A stretch of DNA of 33,248 bases from an uncultured Candidatus Moduliflexus sp. (lineage in GTDB: Bacteria > Moduliflexota > Moduliflexia > Moduliflexales > Moduliflexaceae). Made by a program: the position numbers and the translations under genes. The notes under the pieces are model-generated. The model worked only from the letters and a program-made list of their open reading frames with translations. It made no database searches and was not told the origin of the DNA. The stretch covers positions 1 through 33,248 of the forward strand of contig CAZMEO010000007.1 in NCBI GenBank assembly GCA_964565315.1, written 5' to 3'. The stretch's first letter is position 1. The number at the start of each line of letters is the position of its first letter. Shown here in pieces: positions 18,637 through 25,802 of the stretch.

Positions 18637-18795
18637 TTACGTAAGCGAGAGATGAGGTGTGTGGGCGAATGTTTGTCGTTGAATGACATGGTTGTAACGT
18701 CGGGGATTATCAGCAGTTATCGTCATGCCATGAGAACGCCGCCTCACATTTTCCAGCAAAAATGTGGCGTGGCTGCCTTCGTGGAGGAGAGGAAT

Positions 18796-20100
18796 ATGCG
18801 AACAGTTACCAGGAAAAATTGTCGTTGGATAGGCGCGATGCTGGTTTTTATCGGCATCGTAGGAAGTGTGGTGTTCATGTCAGGGCAGCAGGCGTTCTCA
18901 GCGACCGCTGAAAGCGTCACGATTTGGGGATGGGACGAGAAATCAACGATCCCGCTCTTGCCAGAATTTAACAAGCGTTATCCTGATATTACCGTGAATT
19001 ATGTTTCGTTCTCGTCGGACAGCGAATGCATGCAGAAATTCAAAGCGGCATACGCGACCGGAGAAACCTTGCCTGATATTATGTGGCTGGAAATTCAAGC
19101 GATTGGCGAATTTTTGGCGCTTGATATCTGGGAACAATTGGATGCGCCGCCGTATAACGTCGAGCCTGCCATGCAATTCGAATCGCTGCATCCGACAATT
19201 AAGAATGCCAACGGCCATGTGGTCGGGCTGCGCTGGGATTTGTCGGTGGCTGGATTGGCGTATCGCCGTGAGTTAGCGAAAACATATTTCGGCACGGATG
19301 AGCCGCAAGCTCTGGAGGCGCTTTTTCCCTCGTGGGATGCGTTGATTGCCAAAGGGAAAGAGGCGCGGCAGCAAAGCGGCGATCAACTTTATCTGTTTGC
19401 CAGCCTCAAAGATGCGTTTCGCGTGATTGACGGCCAGAATTCAACGCCGATGTTCGATGGCGAGACGATGAATTTTCAGCAGACGATTGGCTGGGCGTAT
19501 GAACGGATTGTGGCAATGCGAGATGCCGGGCTGGCAGATACGCTTGTGCAATGGGGCGACGAATGGAATGCGTCCGTTGCGCAGAAGAAGCATCTCTTTT
19601 ACCCTTGTCCGACCTGGTTTCCGCACTTTGTGATCGAATCGAACGATCCGCAAGGGCAAGGCGCGTGGGGCTTGATGACGCCGCCGCAAGGCGGATTCTT
19701 CTGGGGCGGTACGACCATGGCGATTCCGCGCCAAAGTCAGCATAAGGAGGCCGCCTGGACATTTCTACGTTGGTTTCTGCTCAGCCAGGAGGGCGGCGAG
19801 ATGAACAAGCAGATCAATGGGGTGTTTATCGGGTTGAAGCCGCTGTATGAGAATCCTGATTTTGCGTCCTATCATAACGCCTGGTTTGGAGAGCAGGATT
19901 TAGGGCATAAATGGTTTCGCGATATAGCGCCGAACGCCTCGCCGGTTCGTCCGCCTTCAAAATATGACGCGGTGGTTTCCGAAATCAATAACCTGATTCT
20001 TCAGGCGCTGTCGGAAGATCGCGCCATGACGCTTCAAGACGCGATGACCGGATTTAAAGAAGAACTCGCGGCTCGCTTGCCTGAGCTTCGCATTCATTGA
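18796..20100 (+). CDS. Extracellular solute-binding protein (ABC-type, family 1-like), orphan
   Basis: It has an N-terminal anchor/signal (CRWIGAMLVFIGIVGSVVFMSGQQAFSA). The mature part has family-1 SBP character (VTIWGWDE...PDIMWLE...). GGAGGAGAGG precedes ATG 18796. The upstream extension to 18634 lacks coding character. Confidence 0.75.
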   Translation: MRTVTRKNCRWIGAMLVFIGIVGSVVFMSGQQAFSATAESVTIWGWDEKSTIPLLPEFNKRYPDITVNYVSFSSDSECMQKFKAAYATGETLPDIMWLEIQAIGEFLALDIWEQLDAPPYNVEPAMQFESLHPTIKNANGHVVGLRWDLSVAGLAYRRELAKTYFGTDEPQALEALFPSWDALIAKGKEARQQSGDQLYLFASLKDAFRVIDGQNSTPMFDGETMNFQQTIGWAYERIVAMRDAGLADTLVQWGDEWNASVAQKKHLFYPCPTWFPHFVIESNDPQGQGAWGLMTPPQGGFFWGGTTMAIPRQSQHKEAAWTFLRWFLLSQEGGEMNKQINGVFIGLKPLYENPDFASYHNAWFGEQDLGHKWFRDIAPNASPVRPPSKYDAVVSEINNLILQALSEDRAMTLQDAMTGFKEELAARLPELRIH

Positions 20101-20198
20101 TTCATTGATCTGTTGCGCAGCAGATTTGGCGCGGCTGCGCTTGTTCTAAAAAAGGCAGTCGCGTCGCCGTTTGGCTTGTTACAGAAGGAGCATCGCCC

Positions 20199-22562
20199 AT
20201 GTTTGCATTTTTCAGACAACTTGGCATTCGCTGGAAATTGGCGCTGGCGTTTATGTTGTTCAGCCTTGTCCCATTAGTCGGGCTTGGCGGCATGGCCTAT
20301 TTCACGTCGCAGGCGACGATTCAGCAAAAAGTCGGCCTCTATTCCGAAAAGAACCTCCAGCAGATCAGCCTGAATTTGTTTGCGACGCTGGAACAAATTG
20401 AAAAATTATCCACGCTGGTCGTGCTGAATCAGGAACTCAGTCAGCATTTAGCGACATTTTCAACGCAGCCCACCTTGCAGAAATTGAAAATAGCTCGCAA
20501 TATTCAGGCGCAATTAGCGCAAATCGCCGTGTCGCATCCAGATGTGCGCCAGATTTTGCTGGCGCGCCGCCATGAATCGCTGCTTGCCTCAAACACGAGA
20601 TTGCTCCAAAAAGAACGAAACTATTTTGAGACGGAGGCATTCTGGAACAGCGAACTGTATCGCGAGGTCGTCGAATTTCACGGGCGCGGCGTTTGGAAAG
20701 GGAGCGTCAACGGGCAATATGAGGATATATATCTGATCCGGCAGCTAATTAATCCCAACACCACGCAGGAAGCGGGCGTCTTGATCTTTGCCGTCAGCCG
20801 CCAGATGTTAAGCCGAGTGTTAGAGCAGCAAACGCAGGCGGATGGCAGCAAGATGTTCGTGAGCGATGAAAAGAGGATGATTATTGCGCATTCTCATGCG
20901 GAATTCATCGGGAAGGTCGTTGAACAGGCCAACTTGTCGGCGGCGTTTCAAGAGCGCGATGCCGGATATTTCCAAACCGAGACAGCGTTAGTCGTCTTCA
21001 GCGCAACTCCGAATAAATGGCACATCGTCTGGGAAATTCCGCAGAAATTTCTTTTACAGGATATTAATCGGCTCGGCCTGATGATTTTATTGGCAGGGCT
21101 GACATGCGCGCTGCTGTCCGTCGCCATCGGCGTAATTACTTCCACAGCCTATTCGCGGAAAATCTGCTATTTAGTCAATTCAGCGTCAGCGATTGCCGAA
21201 GGGGATTTAGACCAGCAGATCGAGCTGCTCAGCGAGGATGAAGTCGGGGTTTTAGCGCGTCAGTTCAGCATCATGCGCGATGCGATCCGCGAAAAGATTC
21301 TCGCGCTGCAAACGCTGAACAGCGAGTTAGATATGCGCGTGGAGCAGCGAACCCGCGAACTTGGCCTCGCCAACGCCGAATTAGCGCGAGAACAATATAT
21401 CTTGAATTGTTTTATGGATAACGTGCCGGACAGCATTTATTTTAAGGATCATGACAGCCGATTTCTTCGATTGAATTCGGCGTTAGCTCGCAAATTCGGC
21501 GTGAAGAATCCGGCTGAGATCATCGGGAAATCCGATTTCGATTTTTTTCCAGACGCGCAGGCTCGGCCTAAATATGAGATGGAGCAGGAGATTATCCGCA
21601 CCGGCCAGCCGATTTTGGCATTGGAAGAACCGGATATCGGCGGACGCTGGGCGCTCACGACGAAGATGCCGCTCCGTGATGAACATGGCGAGATCATTGG
21701 CACGTTCGGTATCTCCCGCGACATCACGCCCTTAAAGGTCGCGCAGCAGCAAGTGGAAGAAGCGTATGCGGAAATTCAGATGTTGAACGAACAACTGCAT
21801 CAGGAGAATCTGCGCATGGGCGCGGAACTCGATGTCGCCCGCCGGTTGCAGCAGATGGTGCTTCCTGTGCCGGAAGAACTCGATAAAATCCCCGGCGTGG
21901 ACATTGTCGGCTACATGCAGCCCGCAAACGAAGTCGGCGGCGATTATTACGACGTGCTGCATGATCACGATAACCGCCTCTGCATCGGCATCGGCGACGT
22001 GACCGGGCATGGCCTGGAAAGCGGCGTGCTGATGCTGATGACGCAGACGGCGATTCGCACGCTGATTGATCGAGGCGAAAGCGATCCGGTCGTGTTTTTA
22101 AATACCATTAACCGGGTGTTGTATCACAATATTCAGCGCATGAGCGCAGAGCGCAGCCTGACGCTGGCGATTGTGAATTATCAGCACGGGCAATTGCGGT
22201 TGATCGGGCAGCATGAAGAGATGTTGGTCGTGCGGCATGACGGACGCGTCGAGCGGGTTGACACGACAGAACTTGGCTTCCCGATTGGCATGGTGCATGA
22301 TATTGGGGCCTGGATTGCTGAAGCAACCGTGGCGCTTGATCAGGGCGATGGCATCGTGCTTTATACGGACGGCATTACGGAAGCGCAGAACGCGGAGAAT
22401 CAACTCTATGGCCTTGAGCGGCTCTGCGCGGTCATCAGCGCGAATTGGCGCGACGCCAGCGCTGAGGCCGTGAAAAACGCGGTTGTTGACGATATGCGGC
22501 AGTTTGTCGGCAACGCGCAGGTCTATGACGACGTGACGCTGGTTGTGTTGAAACAGCAATAA
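20199..22562 (+). CDS. Membrane sensor protein: TM, extracytoplasmic (Cache-like?) domain, TM, HAMP, PAS, PP2C/SpoIIE-type Ser/Thr phosphatase
   Basis: TM1 is ALAFMLFSLVPLVGLGGMAYF and TM2 is LGLMILLAGLTCALLSVAIGVI. The HAMP region reads AIAEGDLDQQIELLSEDEVGVLARQF. The PAS module reads VPDSIYFKDHDSRF...GISRDITPLK. The PP2C core reads VGGDYYDV...GIGDVTGHGLESGVLM...LYTDGITEAQN...YDDVTLVVLK. AAGGAG precedes ATG 20199. Confidence 0.85.
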   Translation: MFAFFRQLGIRWKLALAFMLFSLVPLVGLGGMAYFTSQATIQQKVGLYSEKNLQQISLNLFATLEQIEKLSTLVVLNQELSQHLATFSTQPTLQKLKIARNIQAQLAQIAVSHPDVRQILLARRHESLLASNTRLLQKERNYFETEAFWNSELYREVVEFHGRGVWKGSVNGQYEDIYLIRQLINPNTTQEAGVLIFAVSRQMLSRVLEQQTQADGSKMFVSDEKRMIIAHSHAEFIGKVVEQANLSAAFQERDAGYFQTETALVVFSATPNKWHIVWEIPQKFLLQDINRLGLMILLAGLTCALLSVAIGVITSTAYSRKICYLVNSASAIAEGDLDQQIELLSEDEVGVLARQFSIMRDAIREKILALQTLNSELDMRVEQRTRELGLANAELAREQYILNCFMDNVPDSIYFKDHDSRFLRLNSALARKFGVKNPAEIIGKSDFDFFPDAQARPKYEMEQEIIRTGQPILALEEPDIGGRWALTTKMPLRDEHGEIIGTFGISRDITPLKVAQQQVEEAYAEIQMLNEQLHQENLRMGAELDVARRLQQMVLPVPEELDKIPGVDIVGYMQPANEVGGDYYDVLHDHDNRLCIGIGDVTGHGLESGVLMLMTQTAIRTLIDRGESDPVVFLNTINRVLYHNIQRMSAERSLTLAIVNYQHGQLRLIGQHEEMLVVRHDGRVERVDTTELGFPIGMVHDIGAWIAEATVALDQGDGIVLYTDGITEAQNAENQLYGLERLCAVISANWRDASAEAVKNAVVDDMRQFVGNAQVYDDVTLVVLKQQ

Positions 22563-22792
22563 TTCGAGCGCAAGGGCAATCGTGTCAACCGAACGATGAA
22601 AAAGCTCGCCGTTTTTTCAACACAGACGAAAATAATCGGCGTCCAGAAAAAAATAATAAAAAATCCCTTGTCAAAACCATCTTACGTATCGACAAAGGCG
22701 TTGCGATTGAGCAGACCTGTCAAACCCGTTCACGATGTGTGGCAGCCATGTCAACGTTGTATATCAATCCGCTTCTCAAGGAGGAAGGCATC

Positions 22793-24001
22793 ATGACAAC
22801 CACCACCCCTACTGCCGAAGACAAAGTGCAGGAGTATCGCGACAAAATCAACCTGAACCTGCGCAAATTCGTTGCGCCAGAGTTTATTTTCGGCGTGGGA
22901 GCGCGAGAACTCGCCGGGCGCTACGCTCAGCATTTTGAGGCTCGCAAGGTCATGGTCGTGAGCGATCCTGGCGTGATAGCCGCTGGATGGACGGCGGATG
23001 TCATCGATAGCCTGCAAACCGCTGGCATCCCCTATGTGACGTTTTCCAGCGTGACGCCGAACCCAAGAGCGGAAGAGGTCATGATCGGCGCGGAGTTATA
23101 TCGCCAGGAAGGATGCAACGCGTTAGTCGCCGTTGGCGGCGGCAGCGTGTTGGATTGCGCTAAAGGGATCGGCATTGTCAGCAGCAATCATCAGCACATC
23201 CTGACGTTTGAAGGCGTTGATCAGGTCGGAGCGCCGATGCCGCCGCTGATTTGCATTCCGACGACAGGCGGCACGTCTGCGGACGTTTCCCAATTTGCGA
23301 TCATTAACAATACGCAAGCTCGCGTCAAAATTGCGATCATCAGCAAAGCCGTCGTGCCTGATATTGCGCTGATTGATCCAGTCGTGCTTTCCACGATGGA
23401 CCCGCTGCTTACCGCTTATACCGGCATGGATGCGCTCGTACATGCGATTGAAGCGTTCGTCTCTGTGGGAAGTTCGCCGATGACTGACGTGCACGCCTTA
23501 GAAGCGATTCGCTTAGTCACGCGCAATTTGCCGGATTCGGTGCGCAATCCGCAGGATATTGACCTGCGCGGCCAAATTATGTTAGGAAGTTTAGAAGCCG
23601 GGTTAGCCTTCTCCAACGCGAGTTTAGGCGGCGTTCACGCGATGGCGCACAGTCTCGGCGGCTTTAAAGATTTGCCGCATGGCGAATGCAATGCCATGCT
23701 GCTGCGGCATGTCATGGATTTCAATTTCGAAAACTCGCCCGAACGATATGTGCGGATTGGCGAAGCGATGGGGGTGGATTTGCGGGGCATGACGCTGAAG
23801 CAGAAAAAAGCCGCGCTCTTGAACGAGATTGTCCGCTTAGAAGAGGCGGTCGGCATTCGCGAGACGCTGGCGCAGAAAGGCGTCAATCGCACGGATGTGA
23901 AGCCGCTGGCGGAGAATGCGATTAAAGACCCCTGCATTGCCACGAACCCCCGCAAACCGAACACGCGCGATATTGAGGTATTATATGAAGAAGCCCTCTG
24001 A
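22793..24001 (+). CDS. Iron-containing (group III) alcohol dehydrogenase
   Basis: Motifs: VAVGGGSVLDCAKGI, PTTGGTSADVS, TGMDALVHAIEA, GGVHAMAHSLGG. AAGGAGGA at 22778-22785 precedes ATG 22793. The ORF-track start at 22739 is less likely. Confidence 0.9.
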   Translation: MTTTTPTAEDKVQEYRDKINLNLRKFVAPEFIFGVGARELAGRYAQHFEARKVMVVSDPGVIAAGWTADVIDSLQTAGIPYVTFSSVTPNPRAEEVMIGAELYRQEGCNALVAVGGGSVLDCAKGIGIVSSNHQHILTFEGVDQVGAPMPPLICIPTTGGTSADVSQFAIINNTQARVKIAIISKAVVPDIALIDPVVLSTMDPLLTAYTGMDALVHAIEAFVSVGSSPMTDVHALEAIRLVTRNLPDSVRNPQDIDLRGQIMLGSLEAGLAFSNASLGGVHAMAHSLGGFKDLPHGECNAMLLRHVMDFNFENSPERYVRIGEAMGVDLRGMTLKQKKAALLNEIVRLEEAVGIRETLAQKGVNRTDVKPLAENAIKDPCIATNPRKPNTRDIEVLYEEAL

Positions 24002-25760
24002 TCCGATTTCCACGTTCACACATCCGACGGATGATTGGGAGAAATGGCGCGAAGGGATTTTAGGCTTTGGGGAACGTTCCTCACGGAAAACGTACTATGC
24101 CGAGCTCCAGAGGAAAACCGAAGAGTTGGAACGTTTTCAGGCGTTATTGGATAAAAGCCACGACGCGATTTTTTTAATCGATTCTGAAACCGGCAAGATT
24201 GTCGATGTCAACGATACCGCTTGCAGCCTCTTAACGTATCGTCGTCCTGCATTACTATGCATGGCTGTCGCCGAAATTCTTGATGCGGAGGCGGTCGCGC
24301 AAATTATTCCAGGAAGCGGCAACCAGGCCGAGACGCTTTCCCGGCATACCATTGTGACAGGATTGCGCACGAATAATGATCTGGAGATTCCTGTCGAAAT
24401 CAGCATCGAATACGTGCATTTTGGCACAATGGCGTATGTGGTCGCAGTCGCCCGCGATATTACCGAACGCTTAACGATTGAGCGCGAACGTGACCGGCTG
24501 TTTAAAGAACGCACTCTGATTGTTGAACATGTGCCGGTTGGCCTGATGTTTCTGAAAAACCGCCAATGCATCTGGGGCAACCCTGCCATGGAAGGGTTGT
24601 TCGGCTACTCATTAGCCGAACTGCAAGGCCAGACAACAGAGATGCTGTATTCCTCTCTCAACGATTATCAGATGCTCGGCGAGGAAGCGTATTCGATTCT
24701 CTCGGCAGGAAAAGAATACGTCTCCGAACGTTTGATGCAGCGGAAAGATCAATCGGTGTTCTGGTGCAATCTGCATGGACAGGCAGCGCAGGCTGATGAT
24801 CCTGCGCAAGGCTCGATTTGGATTATCGAAGATATTACGGAACGGAAACAACTGCAAGAAGCACAGCAGCGGCTCAATGAAGAATTGGAGCGTTTAGTGC
24901 AGGAACGCACGCAGGAGCTTTCGGTGGCGTATGAAGAAATTCGCAAGCTCAATGACATTCTGAAAGAAGAAAACCTGCGTATGAGCGCGGAACTCGATGT
25001 CGCCCGCCGCTTGCAGCAGATGGTGCTTCCAGTTCCAGAAGAACTGAATAATATTTCAGGGCTGGATATTGTCGGCTATATGCAGCCTGCTAATGAAATT
25101 GGCGGCGACTATTATGATGTGCTGTCTTGCCAGCACGACGGGCATGTCTGCATTGGAATCGGCGACGTGACAGGGCATGGCTTGGAAAGCGGCGTGCTGA
25201 TGCTGATGACGCAGACCGCCATTCGCACGTTGGTGGATCGGGGCGAAACCGATCCGGTCGTCTTTTTAAATACGATCAATCGCGTCCTCTATCAAAATAT
25301 CCAGCGCATGGGGGTAGATCGCAGCCTGACGTTAGCGATGGTCAATTATCAGGCCGGGCAATTGCGGCTGATCGGCCAGCACGAAGAAGCGCTTGTCGTG
25401 CGGTGCGATGGGCGGATCGAACGGATGGATACAATTGATCTCGGCTTTCCGCTTGGAATGGTCGATGACATTCAGCAATGGGTCGCCGAAGCAACTGTCA
25501 CGTTGTCACCGGGGGATGGGGTGGTGCTTTATACCGATGGCATTCCCGAAGCGCAAAATCCAGACAAGGCATTCTATGGCCTTGAACGCCTGTGCGCGAT
25601 TATCAGCGCGAACTGGCGCGGCGCAACCGCCGAAGCCGTGAAAGCCGCTATCGTTGACGATGTGCGCCAGTTTATCGGCAGCGCCCCCGTCTATGACGAC
25701 GTGACGCTCGTAGTGCTGAAACAGCAGGAGCAGTCAGCCGATGCGGCTGTTTGTTCATAG
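23985..25760 (+). CDS. Cytoplasmic PAS-PAS-PP2C/SpoIIE-type phosphatase
   Basis: It has two PAS-like modules (...VARDITERL; ...IIEDITERKQL), a coiled coil, and a PP2C core nearly identical to that of the 20199 gene. ATG 23985 (MKKPSDP) overlaps the ADH stop by 17 nt. Confidence 0.85.
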   Translation: MKKPSDPISTFTHPTDDWEKWREGILGFGERSSRKTYYAELQRKTEELERFQALLDKSHDAIFLIDSETGKIVDVNDTACSLLTYRRPALLCMAVAEILDAEAVAQIIPGSGNQAETLSRHTIVTGLRTNNDLEIPVEISIEYVHFGTMAYVVAVARDITERLTIERERDRLFKERTLIVEHVPVGLMFLKNRQCIWGNPAMEGLFGYSLAELQGQTTEMLYSSLNDYQMLGEEAYSILSAGKEYVSERLMQRKDQSVFWCNLHGQAAQADDPAQGSIWIIEDITERKQLQEAQQRLNEELERLVQERTQELSVAYEEIRKLNDILKEENLRMSAELDVARRLQQMVLPVPEELNNISGLDIVGYMQPANEIGGDYYDVLSCQHDGHVCIGIGDVTGHGLESGVLMLMTQTAIRTLVDRGETDPVVFLNTINRVLYQNIQRMGVDRSLTLAMVNYQAGQLRLIGQHEEALVVRCDGRIERMDTIDLGFPLGMVDDIQQWVAEATVTLSPGDGVVLYTDGIPEAQNPDKAFYGLERLCAIISANWRGATAEAVKAAIVDDVRQFIGSAPVYDDVTLVVLKQQEQSADAAVCS

Positions 25761-25765
25761 CTCGT

Positions 25766-25793
25766 AATCGTCAGGACATACACAATGACGATT
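25766..25793. terminator. Hairpin between convergent genes (terminator candidate, no U-tract)
   Basis: The stem is aatcgtca (25766-25773) / tgacgatt (25786-25793) with a 12-nt loop. It lies in the 42-nt gap between the stops at 25760 (+) and 25803 (-). Confidence 0.35.
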
Positions 25794-25802
25794 GCTGATG
25801 AC

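Noticed and set aside
18634-18795. N-terminal extension of the SBP ORF to 18634
   Set aside because: The extension (MLRKREMRCVGECLSLND...) lacks signal-peptide character. It overlaps the palindrome-rich promoter region. ATG 18796 has a strong GGAGGAG site and is followed by a proper membrane anchor/signal.
22668-22700. Sigma70 promoter reading of the TTGTCA box upstream of the ADH gene
   Set aside because: No acceptable -10 hexamer lies 16-18 nt downstream (gacaaa). I therefore report the block only as a conserved motif, not as a called promoter.
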